Numbered from the stretch's first letter, positions 48,920 through 62,803 are shown. The stretch is DNA of 64,000 bases from Spirochaetota bacterium (GCA_963663865.1 OY760686.1:2656001-2720000), one strand, 5' to 3'. The notes: generated from the sequence alone by a model not told the origin. Numbers and translations are program-made.

Positions 48920-49099
48920 ATGAATGAATCAATAAAAGACGCAGTAAAATATATATCGCAGCGGCTAAAAAGCGGGCAACAGGAAGATATACTCAGCCTT
49001 GTCGAAGAGGCCTCCAGAAAATACGACCTTAACGCGCTTCAGTCCGAATTTCTACTTTCAAAATACCTGCAAAATGAGGAGACTGATCAGGTTGAGTGA
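48920..49099 (+). CDS. Small hypothetical protein
   Basis: MNESIKDAVKYISQRL...EEASRKYDL helical-looking ORF overlapping the next gene. Confidence 0.55.
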   Translation: MNESIKDAVKYISQRLKSGQQEDILSLVEEASRKYDLNALQSEFLLSKYLQNEETDQVE

Positions 49100-49823
49100 C
49101 AGCACCCCAATCGAAACTCTTTTATCAAGAAAGGCTCTGAAGCTGCACTCAGATGCAAAGCTCCTGCTGAAGAAGATGCTCGAATCAGATTACAGCTCAT
49201 GCGTCTCGCCGGAGTTCAGGCAGGACTACTCAAGGGTCCTTGAGCTATTCGACCTCTTTGCGGCTGAATACGTCAGGAAGTCAGGTTACAGGGTTTCCTG
49301 CGGGCCCCGCTGCGGGCAATGCTGCTGCCACTGGGCTGAGGACGTCTACTCGTTCGAAGCGGAGATAATAGCATCCGAGCTCGTCAAAAAAGGAGCTCCG
49401 GTTTCAGATATTAACTCACAGATTAAAACAGACGAAATTGAGTTCTTTAGACTCGAACGAATGCTTCATGAACGCACTGACGCCCTGCGCGAAAACGGTA
49501 TTGATGAAACAGACCTGTTACTCTCGGCCTTTTATCAGCTTGAAAGGCCCTGCCCTCTGCTCGACCCGGAAGGCTCATGTTCTATCTACGCGATACGCCC
49601 GATGATGTGCCGTTCCTTCTTCAATACCGGCAGTGTTGAGACCTGTCATCCCGAGAGGATCAATGAGGATGACTCGGTTACAATGATCGTCGAACTCGAC
49701 GCGGAATGTGAAGCTATTCTTGACACTCTGCACATGAAACACACCCGCTTCGGAGTGCTCTCAGCCCTCAGACCTCTCCTGAGAAAATGCCTTGAAGAGC
49801 CGCTTCATGAACCCTCGGCCTGA
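49092..49823 (+). CDS. YkgJ-family (CxxCxxCC) cysteine-cluster protein
   Basis: SCGPRCGQCCC ... CPLL..GSCSIYAIRPMMCRSF; probable TTG start after GAGGA. Confidence 0.8.
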   Translation: MSDSTPIETLLSRKALKLHSDAKLLLKKMLESDYSSCVSPEFRQDYSRVLELFDLFAAEYVRKSGYRVSCGPRCGQCCCHWAEDVYSFEAEIIASELVKKGAPVSDINSQIKTDEIEFFRLERMLHERTDALRENGIDETDLLLSAFYQLERPCPLLDPEGSCSIYAIRPMMCRSFFNTGSVETCHPERINEDDSVTMIVELDAECEAILDTLHMKHTRFGVLSALRPLLRKCLEEPLHEPSA

Positions 49824-52800
49824 AACGCCTTTCTTCCCTCTTCAAATGCCTCTTCAAGATTGACGAAAAGCTCCCCCGCTTTCTCAGATTTTCCCTCTGA
49901 CGAATCCATCTCAATTCTCTGAGCTAATGAAGCAATCTCTTCAAGCCTCAAATTAAGCGCTGCTCCCTTTATTCGGTGAGCCAGGCGTCCAGCCTCTTCC
50001 AGCTCTCCGGAGTTGAGAGCCGCCTTAAGATTATCCATATTTTCGCCGGCTTTCTGGAAAAAGTCAGCCGAAAGCCTGCGCACTGCTGCTACCGGAATTC
50101 CCAGCTCAGCCGCGGCCTTATCCGCGGCCGATGTCCCGCTTCCCGCTGACGCTCCCTCGCTCAGATGCCCAAGGTATTTCTCTAAAACCTCTCTGAGTGA
50201 TGAAGACTCAAGGGGTTTCGGCAGATAATCGTCCATCCCTGAGGCGAGAAGCGCCTCTCTGTCTCCCTTCATTGCCTTTGCGGTCAGAGCAACAATTGGA
50301 GTATGCCTCAGCCCGCTCTCTTTTTCGTAAGCGAGTATCATCTCTGCCGCCTCAACTCCGTCGCACACCGGCATATTCACATCCATCAGGACAAGGCTGT
50401 ATCCCCCCTCCTTATATCTGTCAAAGGCCTCAAGACCGTTTGAGGCAAAATCAGTTGTGATTCCGTACGGTTCAAGCATCAGCCTGACCAGCAGCTGGTT
50501 GATGGGATTATCCTCTGCTGTCAGAACCCTGGCATTCACCCTGAAATCCCGGTTTAGAGATGCCGCTGTGTCTCTTTTTGATGCCTTCGCTGAAACTCCG
50601 TGAACGATATCCATAACACAGTTAAAAAGACGTGAAGAGTTTACCGGCTGTAGTATTATCCTTGCCGGACCGCACTTCATACCCTTGACCGCGGCAATAT
50701 CGCTCTCATGGGCTATGACTGCGACACGGTTTCCGTAGGGACCGGAGCATATTTTTTCGAGAACTGCTGCGCCCGGCCCGGAAAATACGGTAAATATGAC
50801 ATCGGGCTCGGTGCCTGAAGCGGCATCATCCGGCCCCATAATAAGCTTTGACGCGAACCCGAAGGACTCCAGATACCTGAGGATGAGCCTGTCCATTGTA
50901 CCCGGTTCCGGACCGACCAGTACAGCGCAGTTCACTTTCCTGCCGCCTTCTTCGGGGGCGATTCCGTACCGGGCCTCGCTCTGCTTCTTCATCCTCAACA
51001 CAAACCTGAAGGTGCTTCCTCTACCCATTCGGCTTTGCAGGACAAGCTCTGAACCCATCAGCCCGACCAGATTCCTGCTTATGCTCAGGCCAAGCCCTGT
51101 TCCACCAAAACGCCTTGTCACAGACGAGTCTGCCTGCTCGAATGCATCAAAAATACGCTTCCTCTTATAGTCAGGTATCCCTATGCCGCTGTCCGACACG
51201 GCAAACTGGATTTCACAGTGAGTCGCGCTTGAATCAAGAAGGATAATTTCAACGCGGATCTCACCCTCTTCCGGAGTAAACTTAACCGCGTTGCTCAGGA
51301 GATTTCCGAGGACCTGTTTTATTCTGAGGGCATCCCCAATTACAGACTCGGGCAACGCCGGATCTATGAACGTTAGCAGGTCAATCCGTTTTTCATTCGC
51401 CTTGGCGTAGTACAGATCAATCACTGATTCAAGTTCGCGCACAGGGTTGAACGACGAGCTGTCAATCTGCAGCTTGCCGCTCTCTATTTTTGAAAAATCC
51501 AGAATGTCGTTGATTATACCGAGCAGGCTTCTCGCGCTTGAGGTGACAATATCAAGGTATTCAGTCTGGACCTCATCAAGTTTCGTGGTGCGGAGTATTT
51601 CAATAAAGCCCATTATGCTATTGAGGGGATTTCGTATTTCGTGACTCATATTTGCCAGGAATGAACTCTTGGCCCTATTAGCCGTTTCTGCCTCGACCCT
51701 GGCCCTTATCATCTCCTCTTCCGTGCTTTTCCTGCCGGTCACATTGCGTATGATTACCAGGACCTCGCTGGGCCCGCTGGCCACGAACCTGGCTTCATAG
51801 TACATCTTTGCGCCGTCCTTCTCAAGAGGATACTCGTACACCTGCACATCACCTGTCTCGAATGTCTTCCTGATAGCGTCAATTGTCTTAATCCTGACGT
51901 CTTCAGGATAGACCTCGCAGAGCCTGGCCCGCATGGCAGGCTCAAGGCACATGCCGCTGTCATTCAGATGAAACATTAAATCCGGTACCGCTTCAAGAAG
52001 CGCCCTGTTGCGTGCCTCGCTTCGCATGAGTTCCCGCTCGGCGGCCTTTCTTTCGCTGATATCGCTAACCGCGGCTATATATCCGCCAATTTCATCTCCC
52101 GAATCCCGGAATATGCTTATACTCATGTCGGCATCAATTCTTTTGTTTCTGCTGCCGATATTTACGTATTCAAAAGTCCTGCTTCTGCCGTCAGCAAGAC
52201 AGAGGTCCATATTTATTTTTAGGCGGTAACGGTCCGGCTCATCCATATATTCCGAAATCAAAGAGCCCTCGGCCTCCGCGCAATCAGAGAATTCCTGTAT
52301 TTCCGTAAACGCGGAGTTTGCGTAAAGGATACGGCCCTGCAGATCAATCAGGGCTATCCCGTAAAAGACAGAGCTGAGTATTCTCCTGAAAGTCAGCTCT
52401 CGGGGAAAAAGTACCGCCGAATACCGGGCGCATAGAATTGACCTCATTAGCAGATCTGAGTTCAGGTTGTCTCTGGGAATAACATCGTCAGGTCTTAAGG
52501 CCGTATACTTCTTGCCTCTGGCCGGGCTTACAACAACAAGCGCTGAGCCCGTCCTCTGCCTCAGCTCCGAGGAAGTCCGGGCTGTAACCTGCTCCGGCGG
52601 GAAAAGCAGAATACAGTCAGCGGATTTCACTACGCTTTCAGCCGCCCCTCCTGTCACAGCAGAAGAGGCAATGTCCTTCTGGTGTACACCTGAGTAGTTC
52701 AGAAGCTTTGAAGTTATCTCAATATCTTCAGGATCATCAGAGAAAATGTGGACTCGCCCCGCGGCAGCAGAAGGTTTCATGGCAGCTTCCAGTTTCGATT

Positions 52801-52825
52801 TATTTTTGTTATCGCTTGCTTTCAC
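49805..52825 (-). CDS. Hybrid PAS sensor histidine kinase (PAS-PAS-HisKA-HATPase-REC-Hpt)
   Basis: FLANMSHEIRNPLN, NLLSNAVKFT, DSGIGI, FGGTGLGL, AEDNPIN..LMDVNMP, AHRIKGAA (Hpt). Confidence 0.93.
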   Translation of the reverse strand: MKASDNKNKSKLEAAMKPSAAAGRVHIFSDDPEDIEITSKLLNYSGVHQKDIASSAVTGGAAESVVKSADCILLFPPEQVTARTSSELRQRTGSALVVVSPARGKKYTALRPDDVIPRDNLNSDLLMRSILCARYSAVLFPRELTFRRILSSVFYGIALIDLQGRILYANSAFTEIQEFSDCAEAEGSLISEYMDEPDRYRLKINMDLCLADGRSRTFEYVNIGSRNKRIDADMSISIFRDSGDEIGGYIAAVSDISERKAAERELMRSEARNRALLEAVPDLMFHLNDSGMCLEPAMRARLCEVYPEDVRIKTIDAIRKTFETGDVQVYEYPLEKDGAKMYYEARFVASGPSEVLVIIRNVTGRKSTEEEMIRARVEAETANRAKSSFLANMSHEIRNPLNSIMGFIEILRTTKLDEVQTEYLDIVTSSARSLLGIINDILDFSKIESGKLQIDSSSFNPVRELESVIDLYYAKANEKRIDLLTFIDPALPESVIGDALRIKQVLGNLLSNAVKFTPEEGEIRVEIILLDSSATHCEIQFAVSDSGIGIPDYKRKRIFDAFEQADSSVTRRFGGTGLGLSISRNLVGLMGSELVLQSRMGRGSTFRFVLRMKKQSEARYGIAPEEGGRKVNCAVLVGPEPGTMDRLILRYLESFGFASKLIMGPDDAASGTEPDVIFTVFSGPGAAVLEKICSGPYGNRVAVIAHESDIAAVKGMKCGPARIILQPVNSSRLFNCVMDIVHGVSAKASKRDTAASLNRDFRVNARVLTAEDNPINQLLVRLMLEPYGITTDFASNGLEAFDRYKEGGYSLVLMDVNMPVCDGVEAAEMILAYEKESGLRHTPIVALTAKAMKGDREALLASGMDDYLPKPLESSSLREVLEKYLGHLSEGASAGSGTSAADKAAAELGIPVAAVRRLSADFFQKAGENMDNLKAALNSGELEEAGRLAHRIKGAALNLRLEEIASLAQRIEMDSSEGKSEKAGELFVNLEEAFEEGRKAFQAEGS

Positions 52826-53042
52826 ATCTGGGCTTCAAGTTACATACCTTTGCCGAATAGGGCGTCATGCAATAGAGACTGAGGCGCTCGTCTTCGGTGT
52901 ATTTCATAATCTATTATCGAACTTTGAATGTTTATTTCTGAAGCCCGATTGCTGTTTTTTCCGGCCTGACACAGGTATTTGTTGTTGATATTATAATGAC
53001 GCGTGTTAGTTTCTGGCAGCTCATCCTAAAAAGGCGGATTTA

Positions 53043-54113
53043 ATGCAAGATCAAAAGGGTTCCAGCCTTGACACTCAGTTCTTCCGTGACATCAACGCGG
53101 TATCGGTTGATGATGACGATTCGAACCTCATGCTGATTGAAGCAATGGCATCCGAGCTGGGCATAACTGTTCACTCCTTTACCGATCCGAGAGCGGCCCT
53201 CGCTTATATGCGCCAGAATCCCTTCGATCTTGTATTCGCGGACTATCAGATGCCCGGGATGAATGGAATCGAACTTATTAAATCAATCCGTCAGGAACAC
53301 AGGGACATACCAGTAATAATGATTACCGCGGTAAATTCTGACCACGCGCTGAAACTTGAAGCAATAGAGGCAGGGGCGACTGAATTTTTAAACAAGCCAA
53401 TTAACATGCCGGAATTCAGGGCAAGGATAATCAACCTCTCACATATTAGGATGATGAACCTGCTGTTAAAAGACCGTGCCCTCCTTCTCAAAAACGAAGT
53501 CGCGGCGGCAACCGAAAAGATCGTCAGCCGCGAGCACGAGACCATCCAGATACTCGGACGCGTCGCGGACTACAAAGACTTCGAAACAGGCATACACATC
53601 TCAAGAGTCGCCCGGTACGCACAGCTTCTCACATCGCTCCTCGGTGAAAGCACAGAGACACAGGAGCTTATGTTCACTTCAGTCCCCCTTCATGATATCG
53701 GCAAGGTCGGGATTCCCGACTCTATCATCCGCAAGAAAGGCAAGCTTACCTCCGATGAGTACAAAACAATGCAGACACATCCGGCAATAGGATACAACAT
53801 TCTCAAGGAGACTGAAAGCCCCTATCTCAAATTCGGAGCTATAATCTCGTTAAGCCATCACGAAAGATTCGACGGTACCGGTTACCCGAACAGCCTTGAA
53901 GGCGAAGAGATTCCCCTCGCCGGAAGGATAACAGCGGTATGCGATGTTTTCGATGCTCTTGTCTCGGAAAGGCCGTATAAGGAAGCATGGAGCTACGATA
54001 ATGTTGCAGCGTACTACGAGGAGAACAGGGGCCGGCACTTCGATCCCGTTCTCTGCGACCTCTTCCTGAAAAACTTCAGCTCGTTTATCGATATCCATAA
54101 AAAACACAGCTGA
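53043..54113 (+). CDS. Response regulator with an HD-GYP c-di-GMP phosphodiesterase domain (RpfG-like)
   Basis: REC VDDD..ADYQMP..KP; LHDIGKVGIPD, HHERFDGTGYP, RPYK. Confidence 0.93.
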   Translation: MQDQKGSSLDTQFFRDINAVSVDDDDSNLMLIEAMASELGITVHSFTDPRAALAYMRQNPFDLVFADYQMPGMNGIELIKSIRQEHRDIPVIMITAVNSDHALKLEAIEAGATEFLNKPINMPEFRARIINLSHIRMMNLLLKDRALLLKNEVAAATEKIVSREHETIQILGRVADYKDFETGIHISRVARYAQLLTSLLGESTETQELMFTSVPLHDIGKVGIPDSIIRKKGKLTSDEYKTMQTHPAIGYNILKETESPYLKFGAIISLSHHERFDGTGYPNSLEGEEIPLAGRITAVCDVFDALVSERPYKEAWSYDNVAAYYEENRGRHFDPVLCDLFLKNFSSFIDIHKKHS

Positions 54114-54207
54114 ATCAAAAATATTTAGCTCTTATGTCGCCTGGGCCGGTCTTAAACAATGCCGCTTCCGATAATGATACCGGGGAAGCACCCGCCTACT
54201 CTTATGC

Positions 54208-54468
54208 TTGATAAGGGGCATTGCCGTGTGGAAGAAAATTTCTCTGCATCCGGAAACAGAAGCGCTGGTTAGATACAGGATATACAGCGATAAAAAAGAA
54301 GAGCTTGAAAGCTTTATTCGGAAGGAATTTGAGCTCTGGGGCAGCTATGAGAGCATGCCCGGTTATATAAAGAAGCTCATCGACTCAGAGCTTGTGGCAA
54401 TCGGGCGCTACGGCAAGCGTATTGACGCCTACACCATTGAACAGAGAATCGCTTCGGGAGAACTCTGA
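54208..54468 (+). CDS. Hypothetical protein
   Basis: 86-aa ORF filling the intergenic gap; no recognisable motif. Confidence 0.45.
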   Translation: MIRGIAVWKKISLHPETEALVRYRIYSDKKEELESFIRKEFELWGSYESMPGYIKKLIDSELVAIGRYGKRIDAYTIEQRIASGEL

Positions 54469-54479
54469 AGGTCAGTTTA

Positions 54480-55175
54480 TCAGAAGTCCGGGCCGTTTTT
54501 TTTTTGATGTATCACGCTGTAAAGCCGCTGCATTCTGGAATCAGTATCAGCAATAACATCCGCGCAGCTTTTAAGCTCTGCCTCAAGCTCAGGAATTTTT
54601 CCGTCTTTGAATTTATAGGCAAGCTCATGCTCAAGAGAGGCCCAGAAGTCCATGGCAATAGTGCGAATCTGAACCTCAACCTTTACATCGGCTGTGCCGT
54701 CAGAGAGGAACACCGGCACCTCGACTATCAGATGAAGGCTGCGGTATCCGTTAGGCTTAGGGTCCTTTATGTAATCCCTTGTTCTGACAAGGGTAACATC
54801 GCTCTGAGATGTAAGCATGGAAGCAATCATGTAAATATCGTCAATGTAAGGGCAAATAACCCTGACACCGGCGATATCGTTGAGATGCTTCTGCGCAGAC
54901 TCAACGGTCATCTCGCGGCCCATTCTCTTAAGCTTCTGCATTATGCTTGCAGGGGTTTTAACCCTGGTTTTGATCTGGTGAATGGGATTTCGGTCTTTAG
55001 TGTACTTGAACTCGTTGTTTAGATTCTCAAGCTTAGTTGATATCTCCCTGACAGCTGAGAGATAGAGATTTTCGGTCCTCAGAAAGGAGTTTATCGCGCT
55101 TACAAGCTCCTCCGGAATTGCCTGATCTCTGACTCCATCAAAAAAATACGAGGTCTTCGGCTGATCGATCTCCAT
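54480..55175 (-). CDS. Small alarmone (p)ppGpp synthetase (RelP/RelQ-like)
   Basis: RVKTPASI..KL, DIAGVRVIC, DYIKDPKPNGYRSLH, EVQIRTIAMDFWASLEH. Confidence 0.92.
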   Translation of the reverse strand: MEIDQPKTSYFFDGVRDQAIPEELVSAINSFLRTENLYLSAVREISTKLENLNNEFKYTKDRNPIHQIKTRVKTPASIMQKLKRMGREMTVESAQKHLNDIAGVRVICPYIDDIYMIASMLTSQSDVTLVRTRDYIKDPKPNGYRSLHLIVEVPVFLSDGTADVKVEVQIRTIAMDFWASLEHELAYKFKDGKIPELEAELKSCADVIADTDSRMQRLYSVIHQKKNGPDF

Positions 55176-55228
55176 GAGAACTCCTTAAACTGTTATATGC
55201 TTCAGTATATAGACCCGGTATCGCGTAA

Positions 55229-56191
55229 TTAGTTACATTTTGAAAGAATTTTTCCTTCCTTTACCGGCAGGATCAGGCTGAAAAGCGCCCCTCCAAGGGG
55301 AGAGCGGCCTATCTCAAGCCGCCCCCCGTGAAGCTCCGCACAGGTTTTCACGGTTGTAAGGCCAAGCCCGGTACCCTGTTCTTTGGTTGTGTAATAGGGC
55401 TGCAATATTTTTTTTATTTCATCTTCGCTGATGCCAGGGCCATTATCATGAACCTCAATAACAAGCTGGCCTGACCGGTCAACAATGTGCACCGCTATTT
55501 TGCCGTTAGATTCAACCGCTTCAGCTGCATTGAGAATTAGATTTATCACAGCGTGTTCCAAAAAAAATGGATTTATCATAAAGCTCAGAGGAGTCGATTC
55601 GATTATTCCGACTTCGCAGGACTTGACCTTTTCGTGCCGTCTGGCCAGCTCAACCGCCATGTTAATAAAGCTGTTGATATCCGTACAGCTCATCTCAACA
55701 TCATCTGAGCGGGCCTTCCCTACTCTCTGCATTCTTCCCGTCATCTCGCTTATCATCAAAAAGACCCTGTTCAGGCGATCAATACTAATCTTCTTGTTGT
55801 CGGGAACGGCAGCTGCAAGATCATCCATATCAAATTTTATTACACCGAGCAGATTGTTAATATCGTGCGCTATACCCCCCGCGATTACACCTGTCAGTGC
55901 CCTTGCCTGTGCTCCGGCAATGGCCTTCCTCTGAATATCAATTTCCCGGTTTTGCTGTTCAATCTTTGACAGAAGGCGGTAAAAAAACACGAAAATCATG
56001 ACCCCGGTTACGACGACAAAGGCTATGCCCTTGTAAAGCTCAATTATCTGCAGTGTTGAAAGCGACTTCGAGAACTGAGCGGCGATGCGGCCTGAAAGCC
56101 AGATATACCCCGCACAGAGTATTATGTACAGACCCGCCGCCTTTACTGAAACCCTGAAAGGACGAAATCCGTAAATCCTGTTTTTCTTCAT
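55229..56191 (-). CDS. Membrane sensor histidine kinase
   Basis: Two TM segments; GIAHDINNLL, NLILNAAEA, DNGPGI, YYTTK..GTGLGL. Confidence 0.9.
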   Translation of the reverse strand: MKKNRIYGFRPFRVSVKAAGLYIILCAGYIWLSGRIAAQFSKSLSTLQIIELYKGIAFVVVTGVMIFVFFYRLLSKIEQQNREIDIQRKAIAGAQARALTGVIAGGIAHDINNLLGVIKFDMDDLAAAVPDNKKISIDRLNRVFLMISEMTGRMQRVGKARSDDVEMSCTDINSFINMAVELARRHEKVKSCEVGIIESTPLSFMINPFFLEHAVINLILNAAEAVESNGKIAVHIVDRSGQLVIEVHDNGPGISEDEIKKILQPYYTTKEQGTGLGLTTVKTCAELHGGRLEIGRSPLGGALFSLILPVKEGKILSKCN

Positions 56192-56326
56192 AGCTGATGC
56201 TCTTAACCCTGTATTCCGAACGATACAGCTCTGCATCAATCCGGCAAATTACGTCGAGAAATTTCATAGTGCACATTTTTCTCATTATTGCAATATTTTT
56301 TAGGGCCGGTTGAGGCTAAATTTCAG
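55946..56326. repeat. Direct repeat A, copy 1 (381 bp; HK 5' end plus upstream region)
   Basis: Matches 58982-59362 (offset 3,036 bp) with 3 mismatches found by manual alignment. Confidence 0.97.
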
Positions 56327-56350
56327 AATGTAAATTATTACAGGAAAGGC

Positions 56351-56379
56351 AGCCTCACTGTTTTTTGAACAGAGAGGCT
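56351..56379 (-). terminator. Hairpin at the 3' end of cassette 1
   Basis: AGCCTCaCTGTT-ttttg-AACAGaGAGGCT just after the stop of 56386..56910. Confidence 0.55.
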
Positions 56380-56385
56380 ATATTT

Positions 56386-56910
56386 CTATTTATTAGGGGT
56401 CACAGAGAAATTATAAAAACTAACATGCATACCTGAAGCATCTCCATTTTCATAAATCTTTGTTGTTGCAACATAGCTGGGATAATAATAACTATCATCA
56501 TACTTTACAGTTACTATTGATTGTATCCAGTCCGGATCTGCAGGCTTTTGCTGAAGACTACTGTATTCAGATTCAATATATTTGAAAATATCATCAATAG
56601 TTGTAATTTCACTTAAATCTGGAAGAACATTGCCGGTTGAAAAATCACTCTGAAAAAGACACTCTCCATTTTCTACAAATGATTCTCTAACATAATCGCC
56701 TGAAGCTGCGGTGTTACAATCCTGTACAAAGCTATAATCAAGGATTGCAAGACTTCGCCATATAGCTTTTGCCTGATTGAAAGATTCTGCGTCAAACTCA
56801 ACTGTATACTTAGTCACTGAAGAATCGTCACAAGCTAAGTCTGGTAATGACATTATTATAAGTGTTATAATGAATAATACTTTTGATTTTAATACTTTTA
56901 TAGTTTCCAT
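56386..56910 (-). CDS. Small putative lipoprotein (DUF6174-like), partner of the C10 peptidase
   Basis: Signal ending DLAC; W....ILDYSF...C and VTVKYDDSYYYPSYV; AAGGTG RBS overlaps the upstream stop. Confidence 0.65.
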   Translation of the reverse strand: METIKVLKSKVLFIITLIIMSLPDLACDDSSVTKYTVEFDAESFNQAKAIWRSLAILDYSFVQDCNTAASGDYVRESFVENGECLFQSDFSTGNVLPDLSEITTIDDIFKYIESEYSSLQQKPADPDWIQSIVTVKYDDSYYYPSYVATTKIYENGDASGMHVSFYNFSVTPNK

Positions 56911-56918
56911 TTTACACC

Positions 56919-58432
<1,514 letters not shown>

Positions 58433-58470
58433 ATTGTACCTCCTGTATTGTATTAATTCTTTTCATGAAT

Positions 58471-58500
58471 TCTATATAGTATTATACATAACAATGTCAA
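58471..58500 (-). promoter_or_regulatory. Putative sigma70 promoter of cassette 1
   Basis: Minus strand TTGACA-N18-TATAGA, at the same position as in cassette 2. Confidence 0.5.
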
Positions 58501-58787
58501 TAAATAAATTTATATAAACCTAACCACTATTGCCTGAATGTTTACTTATAAATCGAATCTATAAAATTTTATGTTATATTTCATTCAGCTGAAACGAATC
58601 TTCACTTATGTAAGATAATTGATAATGAATTCTTATTTGTGTCCTTGCTGACGATCAAAACCTTCAGTCCCTTCCCTGAGGCCGAGAAAGCCCCGAAGCA
58701 CACTGCCGCCAATGAAAGTCAGAGCAGGCAGGATTGCCGGGCTAAAATACTTCTTGACCGTACATTTTTACGCATTTACTGAAAAGC

Positions 58788-58981
58788 ATGCTTAGAATAC
58801 TGACTATAGCGCTCACCGTCATCTTTTTCGTTCCGGCCTCCGGAGAAGAGCCTCCCGCATACCGCTGGTCGCCTCTTGACGCCTACAGCCACGAAGCCGC
58901 GCTTGAAACCGCAGCTGAGTTTCTTGAAACGTTCAACACCAGACGCTATGATCGGACCCTCGCTCTCATGCACCCCGCTGA
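58788..58981 (+). pseudogene. 5' fragment of the 62804..63775 gene, truncated at a junction
   Basis: First 64 codons match the full gene; the sequence then switches abruptly to repeat A. Confidence 0.85.
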
Positions 58982-59227
58982 CCGGTTTTGCTGTTCAATC
59001 TTTGACAGAAGGCGGTAAAAAAACACGAAAATCATGACCCCGGTTACGACGACAAATGTTATGCCCTTGTAAAGCTCAATTATCTGCAGTGTTGAAAGCG
59101 ACTTCGAGAACTGAGCGGCGATGCGGCCTGAAAGCCAGATATACCCCGCACAGAGTATTATGTACAGACCCGCCGCCTTTACTGAAACCCTGAAAGGACG
59201 AAATCCGTAAATCCTGTTTTTCTTCAT
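58982..59227 (-). pseudogene. 5' fragment (TM region only) of the 55229..56191 histidine kinase
   Basis: Near-identical copy truncated after KIEQQNR; no HisKA or HATPase domain. Confidence 0.88.
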
Positions 59228-59362
59228 AGCTGATGCTCTTAACCCTGTATTCCGAACGATACAGCTCTGCATCAATCCGGCAAATTACGTCGAGAAATTT
59301 CATAGTGCACATTTTTCTCATTATTGCAAGATTTTTTAGGGCCGGTTGAGGCTAAATTTCAG
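58982..59362. repeat. Direct repeat A, copy 2
   Basis: Matches 55946-56326. Confidence 0.97.
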
Positions 59363-59387
59363 GAGGGTTAACTATTAAAGGAGGTAC

Positions 59388-59414
59388 GCCTCTCGGCAGT
59401 TTACGCCGGGAGGC
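59388..59414 (-). terminator. Hairpin at the 3' end of cassette 2
   Basis: GCCTCTCGGC-agtttac-GCCGGGAGGC, positionally homologous to 56351-56379. Confidence 0.55.
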
Positions 59415-59506
59415 CTCGCTGATTACTGTTCCCTGAAAGGAACAAAACCGTCAACTCACAAACGGTTATTGCCGCTTGGCGTTTAGAGAAATGTGACTGT
59501 TTACTG

Positions 59507-60493
59507 TCAGTATATAAACATACTCGTGACCCTGTAATCAACATTTTGCCATTCAGTATTAATCCAATAGCCAGTCAAAGAGTCAGATGTCATGTCTTCT
59601 ATATGTGTTTTTTCTCCTGTGAAATAGATGCTATTGTCATAGAACAGCATTGTCTTAATTCTCAAATCAAGATTTACAGTTCCGTTTGGTTCGCTCAATT
59701 CATTCCATACTCCATCGGCATAATAACATCCTATTAAAACAATACTTTCATCACTCTCTTTGTAAGAGGCGCCCAGATAAACACTTTTTGAATGCACTTC
59801 AATTTGAGTAATGTAAAGCTGTCTGTCTTGTTTCGGTGCCTCTACTTCTACAAAAACATCATCTTCCCAATATCCATCATGGCCCTGGCAAATAACGTAT
59901 AATTTATTATCTGAGACCTCAAAATCCAGGATTTCACCGCTTTTAATAATTTCACCGTTTTTACTGAAATTTCGCGAACTGCCATTTATCCATAATGTCG
60001 GGATACCATTTAAGGTTCCGGAAGCATATACGACATTTTCAATAATCTTAATATTAAAAAGATAACCAGTGCCGGTTTCAGTGATATATTTAATACTTCC
60101 ATCCTGCCAATAATTCGGCCTCGAATCTGGCCTGATCCCTGCTGCGTAGACTTTTCCATCAGACACGTAAATATTATGAATAATTGTTCCTTCAGATTGT
60201 TCACATTCAACCCATTTTCCGTTTCGCCAGTAGCCTGCAATGAGAGTGTAATTTCTTTGAATACCACCGCCTACATAAACGTCATCACCCTCTACAAAAA
60301 TACTTTTTGTGTACACATCATCTGCTCCTGCGGGAATATCACATTCAATCCACTCGCCATCTTTCATGTAACGGGCCGGATCGGCACTTAAAACAATTCC
60401 ATTATTGCTGTTATTGTTATCTTTTTCTGAATCTGAAGACAAATCGCATCCGAATGTGAACAATGTTATTATTAGCATAAATATCTTTATCAT
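59507..60493 (-). CDS. Lipoprotein with beta-propeller-like repeats, partner of the M4 peptidase
   Basis: ATG 60493 (AGGAG RBS), MIKIFMLIITLFTFG-C; repeated I.V.DG.VY..G....YW.DG motifs. Confidence 0.75.
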   Translation of the reverse strand: MIKIFMLIITLFTFGCDLSSDSEKDNNNSNNGIVLSADPARYMKDGEWIECDIPAGADDVYTKSIFVEGDDVYVGGGIQRNYTLIAGYWRNGKWVECEQSEGTIIHNIYVSDGKVYAAGIRPDSRPNYWQDGSIKYITETGTGYLFNIKIIENVVYASGTLNGIPTLWINGSSRNFSKNGEIIKSGEILDFEVSDNKLYVICQGHDGYWEDDVFVEVEAPKQDRQLYITQIEVHSKSVYLGASYKESDESIVLIGCYYADGVWNELSEPNGTVNLDLRIKTMLFYDNSIYFTGEKTHIEDMTSDSLTGYWINTEWQNVDYRVTSMFIY

Positions 60494-60519
60494 ATCGAAA
60501 CTCCTTATTTTGAATAATA

Positions 60520-62483
<1,964 letters not shown>

Positions 62484-62521
62484 ATTGCTCCTCCTGTATT
62501 GTATTAATTCTTTTGATGAAT

Positions 62522-62550
62522 TTTATATAGTATAAAAATAATAATGTCAA
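62522..62550 (-). promoter_or_regulatory. Putative sigma70 promoter of cassette 2
   Basis: Minus strand TTGACA-N17-TATAAA. Confidence 0.55.
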
Positions 62551-62803
62551 TAAAATAATTTTATTAAACTCAAACACAATTGTCTGATTATATCTCATTC
62601 AGCTTGCACTAACCTCCGGTTTTGTATAATATTTTATAATCTATTCTTATTCACGGTTCATGCTGACGATTAGAATCCTCTGCTACTTTCTTGAGGCAGA
62701 GCACACCCCTGACGCTAATTGCCGCCAATGCGAGACCGAACAGACATGATTACCCGGCTAAAATACTTCTTGACCGTACATTTTTGCACATTTACTAAAA
62801 AGC

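Noticed and set aside
54496-54505. A10 tract in the SAS gene as a phase-variation site
   Set aside because: It lies in the last few codons, so slippage would change only the extreme C-terminus
54208-55175. toxSAS toxin-antitoxin pair
   Set aside because: The small ORF is convergent rather than co-transcribed, and the SAS has canonical RelP/RelQ-like motifs
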